In this document: positions 13,401-25,592 of the stretch, piece after piece
How the letters are laid out: each line of letters begins with the position of its first letter
Numbering within the stretch: the stretch's first letter is position 1
From: Bugula neritina
Taxonomy: Eukaryota > Animalia > Bryozoa
Direction of reading: 5' to 3'
Assembly (NCBI GenBank): GCA_964035545.1
Contig: OZ037765.1
Location: 22,071,504-22,135,503 of the forward strand
DNA: 64,000 nt
Made by a program: the position numbers and the translations under genes
The notes under the pieces: model-generated
Databases searched by the model: none
What the model was told of the DNA's origin: nothing
Seen by the model: the letters and a program-made list of their open reading frames with translations, nothing else

Positions 13401-16400
13401 ATTGCAACACTTGTCACTAAAAAAACACGATCATTTAAAATGTAGATTCGGATAATTTATTTAATTTCTTTGGAGTTGCAAAGTCTGAATTTACTGTGAA
13501 GAGCATGCTACCATGTTACTCATTGTATAAGCTTTACATTTCTATTAATCAAAATCAATTAGCATATTAATTTCTTTTCAGTATGTTATATTTTGCAGGT
13601 ATATACAAATTTTTTTTATAAACCATGAGAAATTATCAGTTATATACATATATTACATAAGTATCAAAATAAAAACATACATGTTACATAAGGATTTGGT
13701 TACTTATCTTTGTTACCAATCAAAATAAACACTGTGTGTTTTTTTATATAACAAGTATGTTTATTATTAAATAATTCTGCTCTTACAGGTACATTATTGT
13801 TAGTCTGTGTATCACTCTGTGCCCATTACCTTTTGCACATTCATTGTCATTTATCTATAGTTACTTTAATGTTAACATTTGCTGGACACGTTTTTTTTGC
13901 CAATATGTGATGGCACTTTGTATCATTTACCTTGCCATATAAATGTTACATATGTTATTATACTACCTTTCACATTCAAAGTGCATGGTGGGGGATGGAC
14001 ATAATTTTGGTTTCTCTTTTGAAACACATAAAACTCAGTAAGCTTTTTATTATAGTCATATTTTACATATTTTTGTATAATATTTTATATTTGTAGTTGG
14101 GTCAAGGGGCGACAAGCGAGTTTCCATGAACATGTCGATGGTAAGTTAAGAAATGATTTATTTTGTTTATTTTATTTATTTACATGTTTATTTTTCCTTA
14201 TTTATGTTATTTTCACATATCTTGTAGCCATCTCAAGGTAACCCAAAGGGAAACTTCACACTGCAGGGTGCAGATGAAATGAAGCCTATTGGAGAGGTCA
14301 GTGAACCTTCATTTTCACTTTTTTGAGCATTTTTCAAATTTTAGTAATCAAATGACGTTAATATTCAACAAAATAATGTTCCATGTATCTTGATGTATCC
14401 TGATGACAATAAATCAATAAATCAACAAATTCAATCAGAATCCCGTTACCTTATAAAAAGAAAACTCACGCAAGTTTATAGTCTCCATTCCTGTGAGAAA
14501 ACCCCTGATAACAGGGTTTTTGTTAAATCAAGCTAAAGACTTATTCAAATGAGGCACAGGAGTATTTATGACTGGATGCTCTTCCTAACATCACCAATGG
14601 CCTTTGTCGGGTTCGGACCCAGGACTTCGTGCTTATGAAGCAAACGCTCTAACCCCTAGACCACGAATGCTAGAATCCCGTCACCTTATGAACTAAAATA
14701 ATTGAAATAATATGTAGTTAAAGCAGGAATGAAATGTGTACTGACCTACCTACCTGCTTATCTACCTACATATATACCTACCTATCTACATACTTACCTC
14801 TCTATCTACATACTTACCTACCTACCTACCTATCTACATACCTATCTACCTACCTATCTACATACCTACCTATCTACCTACCTACCTACCTACCTATCTA
14901 CATACTTACCTACCTATCTATCTACCTGGCTACCTACCTCATCAATGTCAATTTTATCTAAGAATCTGCTATCTTTTGTAAATCAAAAAATACTAAATGT
15001 GTTACACTATGACAGCTGAAATTTCTTGTTATTCTTATTGTAGGTTATTGCTCTTTATGACTACTTAGCACAGCGTTCAGATGAATTGACTTTCCACAAA
15101 GATGACATTATAACCATTTATTACAAAGACACGGAGCAGTGGTGGATGGGCATGCTAAAAAGTACAGGGGCTTATGGATTTGTCCCCTCCAATTATGTTG
15201 AGGGTTTAAATGATGGTAAATGATAGTCAAACTTGTTTTTATAGTTTTCTCATTTGAATGAAATAAAATATTATGTGCTTTTTGGATATACTAGAATTCA
15301 GATCATACATTTATGATTTGTTGTGTCTAGTTTTTAGTTAGTAATTGGTGTATGCTAAATAGTATTATATGTTTTAGGTTAACATTTGCAGTCGGGCCAA
15401 TCATTATAACTGATATTATTGTATAAATACAACTTGTGTTGCGAAAAGAAGTTATTGTGAATCGTTCTAGTTTTGCTGATTTCTGTATATGAAATTATAA
15501 AAGACATTTGATTTTGTAGGAGACGGCAAATTGCGTCCTTCTAAAAAGGTATGTAATAGTTTCACTGTCAGTATTATGCCAAGTGAATAATCACTATTGG
15601 TAATTTAATATGCATACATGTTTTTATTGAATGCAATGATGCTAATCTGCTCATCTTTTTCTCCAAAGAGTGAAGACCAGCTTTCAATTTTTGTAAAGTA
15701 CGTATCACATAGCACCTGGCTCATGTAAACTGCTCTTTATCAACCTTTGCCATTGAATAAAGTTTAATGTCAAAACATTATAATTTTAAAAACAGTCATT
15801 TGACATTGGAGACATGATGTGGTTTTTGCTTATTTGTGTCTTTTCATCAAACCTGGCTTAGCAATGTTCACATGAAATTATTGGGATTTAGTTATCACAC
15901 AACAAGTTTTAAAAATAATGTCTGTATTTGTTGAAGCAGTCTTTCTATAGAGAGTCAAACTATTGGTTCATTATTAATTTGATTTATATTTTCTGTTACA
16001 GGAACATATCACAACAGCAGTGGTTGATAATGGGCAATTGAAGTTTTTGTCAGGAGCAGAAAGTGATGCAAGTAGTGGTGACAATCTCGCCACCACTCCC
16101 AGGTAACGTTAAATTTTATGTCATATAAAGTTTTAATGTTTCTATAATTAGAATTTGTACCTGCTAACTTGGTTATTAGTCAACAGCTTGATATAACGTA
16201 GAGGCAGTTTTCAACTCTATAACCATACAATGGATGCTGTAGAGGTCTACGTAGGTTTTGTTCATGTGGTATGAATTTATTAATTATGAAATGCAATTTT
16301 TCAGTTAAAAAAACACAGTTTTATATTGCGTTTACTTGCGTTATACCAACTTTTTTAATACTGTTTATTCACTTTTGTTGTTCATTATTACTTTATTTGA

Positions 16401-16623
16401 AAACATTTTCGTAACAATTTCGTAACAATGTTTGATGATTGCATATCTAACACAAATGAATTGAATTGAATTTTTCATGAGTGGTGAAATGCATGACTTA
16501 TCATAGTGCATATTTTTTTGTAGAAAGAAACAGTACGTCAATAGAAGGTCAAGGACACAAGAGAAAAAGAATAAATCTGGAGCTTCTGCAGCAACTTTTT
16601 CCTTTGAGCATCTTCTTAAATGA
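1455..16623 (+). CDS. AHI1: Jouberin/AHI1 (C2-like region, WD40 repeats, C-terminal SH3); ~30 exons, N-terminal exon(s) apparently outside the window
   Basis: Phase-consistent exons approx 1455-1532, 1930-2005, 2133-2196, 2298-2424, 2596-2778, 2878-2956, 3341-3551, 4432-4628, 5339-5443, 5658-5938, 6153-6194, 6443-6576, 6929-7098, 7623-7780, 8015-8162, 8390-8442, 8635-8871, 9742-9947, 10270-10428, 10669-10773, 10881-10895, 11489-11641, 12087-12104, 12813-12939, 14097-14140, 14228-14296, 15044-15215, 15520-15548, 16002-16102, 16524-16623 (TGA). AHI1-typical peptides: [65 protein letters not shown], and SH3 [21 protein letters not shown]...WWMG...GFVPSNYV. Confidence 0.93.
3842..3893. repeat. 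Short hairpin/inverted repeat in an AHI1 intron
   Basis: CAAACTTTCAACTTGCAAAACTT-atatg-AAGTTTTGCAAGTTAAAAGTTTG: ~23-bp arms, one mismatch. Confidence 0.7.
4059..4283 (+). mobile_element. tRNA-derived SINE, copy 1
   Basis: A box (TGGTTTAGAGG) and B box (GGTTCGAGCCC). Body shared with copies at 6691, 14455 and 59372. TSD TATT(A/G)TGAAAGATTA at 4044-4058 and 4284-4298. Confidence 0.9.
6691..6878 (+). mobile_element. tRNA-derived SINE, old diverged 5'-truncated copy
   Basis: Colinear remnants GCCTAGTAAA...GGTTCAAGTCC...GAAGGGCGTTCAGTCATGATTGC...CCATCAG...GTGACTATGAAA...GAGTTT; no clear TSD. Confidence 0.7.
8944..9272 (-). mobile_element. Solo LTR (~329 bp) related to the LTR at 628-932
   Basis: TG...CA termini. 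4-bp TSD GTAT at 8940-8943 and 9273-9276. Termini TGTTATAATTTCCAGA / CCACTACA vs TGTTATGATTTTCAGA / CCACCACA in LTR 1. Shared TAATTGGCT motif; internal G run. Confidence 0.8.
11770..11915. repeat. Degenerate inverted repeat (possible old MITE) in an AHI1 intron
   Basis: Left arm TAAAAATAAGTAAG...TTGTTTAC...TTTATCTAAAT is mirrored by ATTTAGATAAA...GTAAACAAG...CTTATTTATTTTTA; imperfect. Confidence 0.5.
14455..14671 (-). mobile_element. tRNA-derived SINE, copy 3
   Basis: Reverse-complement match to copy 1. 18-bp TSD AGAATCCCGT(T/C)ACCTTAT at 14437-14454 and 14672-14689. Confidence 0.9.
14743..14939. repeat. (TACC/TATC/TACA)n tetranucleotide microsatellite
   Basis: Direct reading; source of the spurious TYLP ORFs. 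Confidence 0.95.
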
Positions 16624-17249
16624 TTTTTTGATACCTAATAAACTTTGCATGCGATTTTTTTTTTAAAAATAATTGCCTTGAAGCAATTAGTTATTTATGT
16701 TCTTATGTAATCACTATATTCTTTTCATAAACTCTGAAAGGATTATTTAGTTGATTTTAGTTGTTATCGTCAAGTGACTATTAGACTATCTGGTTTTTGT
16801 TGCTGCCAAGTTCTTTATACAATTTTTTTTTTACCAATGTGTATCCGTCCAATAGATATATGTAGTCCATGATTGTTGTGCTACCCAGTGGTGTATTGCT
16901 ACTGGAACGGTCTGGTACGGCGTACCAGTTGTTAAAATTTCTGCTATCTTAGGTGGTACGCCCGTACCAGTTGCTAAAATTTAGAACTGAAAATGAAAAA
17001 AGTGGACTTTTCACTTGTGTAATGGGATTTTCCAAAAATCTATAGCCGGATTTTCTCAACAACCGCGAGTAATTGAAAATCTTACGGGTACAAGGAACCC
17101 CTCGCATAAAAATAGAGATGCAGTTAGGTAGTTTTTGTTTTATCAACATTGACTTACCATTTGCGTTCTAGTTTGCTCAGTGCATGCTTTTGGCCTGGCT
17201 ATTTAGTTTTACTATTCTGCATAAATTAAAGTAATTTTCAAATTTCATT

Positions 17250-17499
17250 ATGAGTAAACCTAAAGCAAAAAATCAGCTGAATCTCATTGACATGTTTCGT
17301 AAAAAAAGGTAAGATTTGAACTTTTCAGTCTGATATACATTTTCAGTCAGATAGTCGCACTAATCACTTGTAGTTGTAGTTATTCCTAAGAGTAACATTA
17401 AAACTTAAAAGCAAAATTTTAAGTTTGACAGTAACACTACTAGTACTACTAGTAGTAATACTACTACCACTAGTAGTTGTACTACTACTAGTACTACTA

Positions 17500-17539
<40 letters not shown>

Positions 17540-20500
17540 CACTGCTGCTGCTGCTACTACTACTACTACTACTATTAGTACAACTACTACTAGTACTCTT
17601 ACTAGTAGTACTTCTACTAGTAGTAGTAGTAGCAGCAGCAGCGTGCAACTAATATTCAAACTTAAATTGAATATATTTATTTTGTAAACCTGTTGAAAAA
17701 TTATTACTTACTGTAGTCTGTAAGATTCTTTGGGACTAAAAATGGAACGGAAACCAACAGTTATTGATAATAAATTAAATAATACTTTATTAACTGTTGA
17801 GTAATCAAGTGCTTTTAAAATGAAGAAGTATGCGTATTCAATTTGAGTATAATTGCTGGTTCAGTCTTTGGCTGTCAAAATTCTCATACATTATTCAAAC
17901 TACTTACAAACGATTAACTAGAATATTATTTATAAATAAAGTTTCCAATTCTGATTCATAATTGTAATAATTCTGATAAACATTATCGTAGCCATAGGAG
18001 TTATCAATTTGATTTTATTTATTCCAACAGTATGTGCTAGCTTGCAGTTACAACCAACATATTCTTCTGCATTATTAATATCAATTTTTATTTAGCTTTG
18101 TTTGACACTAGTTTTAGAAAATAACATGAAATCAATTTATGCTTTAGTAAATTCTTGCTTCATTATTATTATTGAATATAATTGTGATTATATTTTTGTT
18201 GTTGAACATTTGAGTTCTAGTAATATTTCAATTTTCAAGTTATTTCAAGTTATTAGTTTGAAATTTCTGCATGACTTTGAGTTGAGTCTAATGTAATTAT
18301 GTTTTATACTCTCACACAAAACTTCTATTATAATTCATAATGATAATACAATTTTTGGTCCTAATAATAATATACTAATACGATAGAAGTGTGACCGTAG
18401 CTGTTATTCGATATGATATGTCATATTGTAACTATTGATTAAGGAAATTAAATATATATAATAATGATATATATATTTTTATAGATCAAGATCAGATTCA
18501 TTGTCAGAACTGAGTGAAAACAGGTATGTTTTTAGTGTTGCATGTATTTTAAAGCAAATTTGAACTATGTCAGATTACTGAATAACAAAATTGTTTTTTC
18601 TTATTTATACACAATAAGGGTGCATTGGTAATCAAGACAATTATTCATGTACTACACCCTAACTCATTGTATTCATAGAGTGGAATCGGAAACTCCTCAA
18701 TCTGAAACTCCTCAATCTCCAGGAACTGAATTATTTGTGATGTAGGTGTTCTTTTAGCGTTTGGTTTTTCTACAGCATATGAGTATACAGTTTTTATAGA
18801 AACTTTTAGTTACTATCATTTGCCTAAAAAATAAAATATCTGATTATTTTTTCAGTATTTCATTTCCATATTATATTTATAAATATATGTGTTGTAGAGA
18901 TGAAACTGCTGGAGCTGCATCACAAGATGTAATCAAGTCATCAGTTGGGGTAGGTTTAAATTTAATAACTATATTATTTTTCAAGTTAGGATTGCTTTGT
19001 GCAGGTGTGTATATTTTGAAGATATGCTTGGTAGGAAAAAGGCGGAATGAATTTACCACCATGCTGGTCTGCAGAAAAGTGGGCGGAGAAACGAGCTCAA
19101 TATCCCTGGCTCATGCTTAAACAAGATGGGGGATTACTTTGCCAGGTCTGTTCTGCTGCAAAGAGAGTTACTCCACTCGCCTCGAAAACATCTCGAATAA
19201 GGTTGGAGTGGACAAGCAGTGGTGTTTTCTGGTATGGTGATACCAAGACAAAACAGCTAACATCACTTAGAAAAAAAATTGTCGACCACAATCACAGCGA
19301 AGCACATCGAGATGCTATATCTGCAAGCAAAAAAAGCGAGAAACACATTTTGCCGACAATGCTTGCCACTACAAGTCGACAGCATGAAGAAGCAACTGAA
19401 AATGTTTTTAGATGTGCCTACCATATCGCAAAACTAAATAGGCCTTATTCTGATATGTCTCATTTAATAGAGCTAAACAAGTTGAATGGCAGTGATTGTG
19501 GCATATCTCTTCACTCTCGTGCTTCAGCCTGCGAAATAATATCTCACATAAGTTCTGAGATGAAAAACAAACTTATAAATAAGATAATCAACTCTAACAA
19601 AAAAGTGTCATTGATCATTGATGAATCAACATCCGTTTCAAATAAATCGGTTTTGGCAGTCTACATCAGATCATCTTATTTTGATTCAGACAATGTGTCT
19701 GATGAAGCTTTTTCATTTTTGCTTGGCCTTGTAGAGCTAGATTCTCTTTCTGCAGATTCCATTACTAAGAAGTTATTATCTTATCTTCACCTAAATAAAT
19801 TTTCAGACCAGTATCTATCTAAAAACCTGATAGGAGTCTGCTCTGACGGCGCTTCAACTATGGTTGGCAAAAGCTCTGGAGTTTTAACACAACTGAAAGA
19901 ACGCTTTCCAAATATATTTCTCTGGCACTGCATGTGTCATCGAGTCGAGTTGGCTGTAAGTGATGCTGTGAAATTTTCTAGCCAAGTCAATCATGTACAG
20001 ATTTTCCTAGATAAGCTCTACAGCTTGTACAATCAACCAAAAGCTCAGCGAGAACTATCCAAATGTGCATCTCAACTAGATATTCAAATGCGGAAAATAG
20101 GAAGAGTTTTAGGCGTCAGGTGGGCTGCCTCCAGTTTTCGAACAGTTGATGCCATATGGCATTGCTATCCTGCCTTGATACAGCATGCCCAGGAGTCGAG
20201 CTCAAACAAATCCCTCTTTAAGGGTCTTTTGAACACACTTCAAAGTTCACAATTTGTTTCTAGTTTGGCTATACTTCATGATAGTCTTAGAGAAATAGGA
20301 ATTTTTTCAGAAGCTTTGCAGTCTGAAAATATAAATTTGGCAACAGCATATGCTCGGTTGAAAACTCTATTAAGGGCATTGAATAGTCAAAAGGGACCAA
20401 ATAGCTCTGGAACATCTTATCAAGAATATGCTAGGGCAAATATCGAAAACAAATTCAAAGGCATTGATTTGAAGTTACAGGGGCCAGTCATGAACAAAGA

Positions 20501-21074
20501 TGGATTTTTACAAGCTTTAATTGACAATATGCAGAGTCGCCTTGAAGGTACAATTTCGTCAGGACTGCGTCGTGAGTGCGATAAAAGTGATCTACAACAA
20601 ATGCTTTCACTACTCGACTGCCTAGAGCCAACGAAATGGCCAAGTGGTGTTGAATCGCCATGGTATGATGGAGAAAGGAGATTAGACACTCTCTGCAAAA
20701 AATTCCAAATAAATTTTACAAATGACATATTAATGTCGTTTAGGGACTACATTGACAACCCGGCTAGTACTCCTAAGCAAATTGTGCACATCAAAGCTAT
20801 AGTTAATTCGATGCCAGTGAGTAGCAGTGATTGCGAACGTGGATTCAGTGCAATGAACAATGTTTGTTCCGATTTACGAAACAAACTTTCAATACAGCAT
20901 GTTTCAGAGTTGGTATTTATATCCCTACTCGGTCCTCCAATCTCTATCTTCAATCCTACTCCCTATGTTAAGACTTGGCTGACAGCCCATCGATCTGCTG
21001 ATGACAATCGCACAAAAAAATTATGTTATGCTGATGATGAACGCTACAAGCGATTGTGGCCGATATTTGACTAG
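17250..21074 (+). CDS. hAT transposase (ZNF862/KIAA1586-like clade), predicted 5 exons, ~750 aa
   Basis: Main ORF 19047-21074 has a TTF-type Zn finger (YPWL...CQVC...HNHSEAH), catalytic D (IDES), D (SDGA), CxxH (CMCH), RW, and E in hATC SSSDCERGFSAMN. Upstream in-phase exons 17250-17308, 18485-18523, 18679-18741, 18898-18949 splice to 19035. Confidence 0.9.
17432..17645. repeat. (CTA)n/(TAG)n trinucleotide tract in transposase intron 1
   Basis: Direct reading; gives the poly-L/poly-S/poly-V ORFs. Confidence 0.95.
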
Positions 21075-22039
21075 TAGATATAAACTTAGCAAGTCTATTT
21101 TTTTCTTATATTTGTAAATCATTGCGCTAGAGACCACTAACAACTTTTGTGCTTTTAATATATCTATCTATCTTTTTTATCATATATATTTAACCACCAA
21201 TTTCTTTTAATAATGTATCTACTTAGTCATATAACATGCTGTCATAAATAAATCAGGTTCTCTTTGCCATTTATAACATCAGTTAGGACTTGTAACATAA
21301 GAAATGCAACCAAACCATAAAACACAGTTGCAGATGTCTGCACAGTTATATATCATTTAGTTTTCATTACAATGCTTTTTAAATGTGGTACATACTTGAA
21401 TTGATGTCATGATATAAACTTGCAAATTATGCTTTAAAATGCTGTGCAAAAGCTTTAATTTTAAGCTAAAATCAAAAAATTTTCGACGCGGGAGGGCGCT
21501 CCGCCGCCCCTCCCGCACCCTCCCAGGCGGCCCGCTGCGCGGGCCAGAGTTGCCCTTCCTGCTGTCCAATAGTACCAGTTGTTAAATTTTTACCAATACA
21601 CCACTGGTGCTACCAGATTTTTGTGTTCAGCGTGTGTGTTACATTGTACTTCATGGTTTTGCAATCATGATGGTAATATTACTACATTATTAAATGCTAT
21701 AGCTTTAAACTTGATAGAATTACTAAAATATATATTATCATTACAAAATGTCCATCCAGCACATTTCAGCAGCTGTATTTAGATAATTGAGGTTTTGTTA
21801 AATGTTTTGCTTTAGTTGCATGTTGCTTATCTCAGATGCTAAGATTAGTGTTATTTTTAAAGGTTTTAAACACTGAGGCTACTCAATGTCTAGAGATGTA
21901 CTACACTTCTTTGCTTCAAGACATATAAATATATTTTGTATTTTAGTTGTAGCAGAGTCATCATTTGATGACGAGGCCATAGTATCAGTGTATCAGCATG
22001 CAAAAATATTATGCTAATTATGGTTATTGGTCATCTATC

Positions 22040-22311
22040 ATAGCAACGCGCAGTTAACGTAGTCGTAGCGTATCTCATGTACACCATGCAAATTTTCTAC
22101 GCAAAAACCGTGTCGCGTGCGAACTTACAAGATTGGATAACTCTACATTTTAATGATGTTACTACAACGTTTCTATGCTGCAAAAAGTACCAGCTGTCGT
22201 AAAATATTTGATGTCATTTGGGCGTTGGTCGAAAAGAAAGTCAAGCATGGTTTAGTCATACTCGTTAATAATGCATTTGTAGTGACACAAGGACAATATT
22301 ATAAGGTATAA
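22040..22311 (+). promoter_or_regulatory. Probable promoter and non-coding first exon of the Grainyhead-like gene
   Basis: Local CpG-rich patch in otherwise CpG-poor DNA, ending in donor AAG|GTATAA at 22305/22306. Inferred only. Confidence 0.45.
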
Positions 22312-23001
22312 ATATTTATTTGTTTATGGACTTCTTGACATTACAATAAAATTTGAAGGTTTGCGTTTTTATTACTATTTTGTGCTTTTGTTAAAAAGTA
22401 CAACTAGTACTACTACTAGTAGTACTCAGTAGTAGTAGTAGTACCTGTACTTAGAGTTAGTAGTAGAAATACTAGTACTAGTAGTAGTAGTAGTAGTACT
22501 ACTACTACTACTACAGTACAATAACGATAAATATAGCAATAAGTTTCTGTTCAAACTTCAATGACAATCACAATGACTATCAGTATGAGTATCACTAAGA
22601 GTAAGTGGCTATAACTATCAGTATGATTATGACAATCTTAATTAACAAGTACATAGTGATAGAGTACGAAAGTAAATCTGAAAGTGAAAGCTAAAATATT
22701 TCTAATAGGAATAGTATTAGTAATAATAATAGTAATTAGTAATCAATCACTATTAGTAATTACTATTACTAATACTATTAGTAATACTAACTATTACCAT
22801 TAGTAATTGCTAAAATTATAATTATTATTTATATTGTTACAAGTATAAGTGTAATTTTTAAGTTTAACCAATTATTATAATTTATAATACATAACATAAT
22901 ATAAGCCAAGGAAGTATTACATTTACTTACAGTTACTATTAGACGGAGCCCTATAAAGATTTACCATTTTTCATTTATGACTTATTGGTAATAGTATGAG
23001 T

Positions 23002-23231
23002 ATGATTATATTTCTTGCTATGGCATTCACATTGAGTTTGACATTCAGTATGAGTCAATCTAAAAGTATTAATTATTGCAATTTGATTTGATTTTTGTTA
23101 TCATTAGTAATTACAGCTGTAATTACTAATGATAACAAAAATCAAATCAAATTGCAATTATCAATACTTTTAGATTGACTCATACTGAATGTCAAACTCA
23201 ATGTGAATGCCATAGCAATAAATATAATCAT
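23002..23231. repeat. 230-bp spacerless near-perfect palindrome
   Basis: Centre ACAG|CTGT at 23116/23117; 115-bp arms with about 3 mismatches. The central segment is repeated at 23232-23256. Confidence 0.92.
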
Positions 23232-25592
23232 TACAGCTGTAATTACTAATGATAACTATAAGAAAGAACTATAAATTTATAGTTCATTCTTAAAGTTATT
23301 ATAATTATTGTAACATCATTTCGATTATAATTATTGTAACATCATTACTAAGTTTAAGGGTAACTGTAAAGATTACCCATCCAAAAACAGACATTTGATG
23401 ATAGAAATAATGGTATTGATGATCAGTTTTTATGGTGATATACTACTACTGGTTAATATTCACAATAATCATAATCATTATGGTCACTATCACAGTGATA
23501 GTGATTATTAACTACTATGATTATAAATAAACTAAAGTCAAACTGGTTGATATTAGTTTTCATAGTTATACTGATAATCAGCATCGCTATGACTATGAGT
23601 ATCAATAATCAATGGGTGAATGTTGGTATGGGTGTGAGGGTTTCTCATCAATGCAACTCAAGCTGTCACTGATACTGTGTCTATCAATATTAAAAATAAA
23701 TAGTTTTTATTCGTTACCTAGGTAGTCATACTCATGTTTATATTGATAGTGACACTAGGTTCAACTTTATTGATCTTAAACTGAAAGTAATATCTTAAAT
23801 GATGGATTATAAGGTTTCTTCTATTGATTGATTGATTTATTTATTTATTGCATATCACAAACATTACAACACGTTGCAAAATTCAGTTTAAATATACTGG
23901 CTATAATATAAGCAGGCATGAACAAAAGTGAAAAAAAAGTCAGAAATCTGTTGGATTATTTAAGAAAGAAGCGAATGAGGTTATGCTACACGGTGATTGT
24001 TTCTTTTTAGCAAGCAATTAAATATATAGTTTGTTACGCATGATAAAGTAGCTCTGTATGTTGGTATTGTCAAGAGGCTTGGACACATTCGCTACAAAAC
24101 CACTCACTCACACCCATACAATGATACTGCACATTTTCAGTTTCTGTGTGATTGTATTATCATCAATTTGCTTAGGTTTCTAACTATTAGTGCGTGCTGT
24201 TTAAATTTGAAATGCAAATGCTGTTGAGGGAGAAAACTGAATTGCCGTCATGCTTAGTCAGATCTATTCAATAGATAGCCAAGCTTAGTAATGGCTCACA
24301 CACACAAAATTGAAGTCCAATCTACATCAAGCAATAGTTTGATTTTAAAAGACTTGCAAGTTTTTTTTCATAATATAAATAAATTCAATAGACGTTGTTA
24401 AATAGTTGAATAGTTAAATGCATATTTTAAATCGAAAGCAACTAAGCGATGGCTCTACTTTTAGTTACATTTAATTTACATTCATTTCATATGACTAAGT
24501 GATAATAAGCAAGAAGTAAAACTGAGTTACATTGACCATTGTGTTAGTAATGTTCCCTATTGAAAATACTGACATGGGTTTAATTACTTCAAATATTTTT
24601 ATCTAACTTTTATTAAGTTGATAAAATTTAATTTAAAAGTAGAGCAAACATTAAAATATTCTAATGTTCAACATATGCTACAAGTCATTTAAAGTTTTTT
24701 TAATTTTCTATAAAAATTGCATTCTATACTTATGAGTTTTGCTTAATGTCCACTCTGAAAATAAAAAAATTTCAATGAAGAAAACTTTGAAAATGAGCTA
24801 ACTTTTTATTTTTCGTTGATATTAGTATAATATTTTGAAATAGCAAATATAGATTTCTGAGCCTGTAATCATTGATGTTTACTTGAAAGCTGATAGCAAG
24901 ATGGATTTCCATGCAGCCTTGACGCCTACTCAAATATTCCTAATCTTATGTTTAGCTTTACCCTAAAGATATGTTTTGATTTGCTGATCCCTAAGTTGTC
25001 TGTCTTGACAAACATTTTTATAGCCGAAAAGCAAAGAGTAAAGTGTATTGCATACTGGCAGATTTGCATCTTTAATTTTAACTACAATATGAATAGTTGC
25101 ATGTAGGTGTAGGTGTGACAATAGATTCTACACTGTAGTTGTGGGATTAGTAGTAGGTTGTTGTAAACCACTGGTGCAGAAAGTTAGTTTAGCATTTTCT
25201 GTCACAGGTGTACATAACTAACATTAGCCAGCAATTAGTGTGGATGCATAAATTCTAAAAACCTTTTAACAACAATAGAATAATAGTGGGGGTGTAATTT
25301 AAATTAGTACTGATTAGTAGCAATTTAAAGAGAATGCTCCTTTATTCTTTAGTTTGAATGGTGGACGTTGCTGCATATATATTAAAAGGATTTTTTATTG
25401 TACATTTGACAAAGGTTTGCTTCTACATATGTGCACTATAACAAACATTCAATGGGGTTTGTAACAGGCTAAATAAATCATTATTTAAGTTATTTTAGTA
25501 TTGTTTATTTAACTGTAATTATACCTAATTTGTTTCAGTTATTTAGCTAGCTACTGTTCTTTTTAGGTATGTTGGTGTGAAGCACTAAAAAA

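Larger units (their letters stand above)
16886..21606 (+). mobile_element. Complete hAT-superfamily DNA transposon (4721 bp)
   Basis: TIR CAGTGGTGTATTG at 16886 and its reverse complement ending 21606. Perfect 8-bp TSD GTGCTACC at 16878-16885 and 21607-21614. Subterminal GTACCAGTTG(T/C)TAAA repeats and an intact transposase. Confidence 0.96.

Noticed and set aside
13570-13800. Two intronic YAG|GT motifs (recursive splice sites) in AHI1
   Set aside because: Intron is only ~1.2 kb and such words are expected by chance.
14729-15019. TYLP-repeat ORFs
   Set aside because: Translation of a tetranucleotide microsatellite.
17364-17659. Poly-Ser/Leu/Val ORFs
   Set aside because: Translation of a (CTA)n tract in an intron.
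19047-21074. Host gene KIAA1586/ZNF862
   Set aside because: TIRs, TSD and an intact catalytic triad show it is a transposon.
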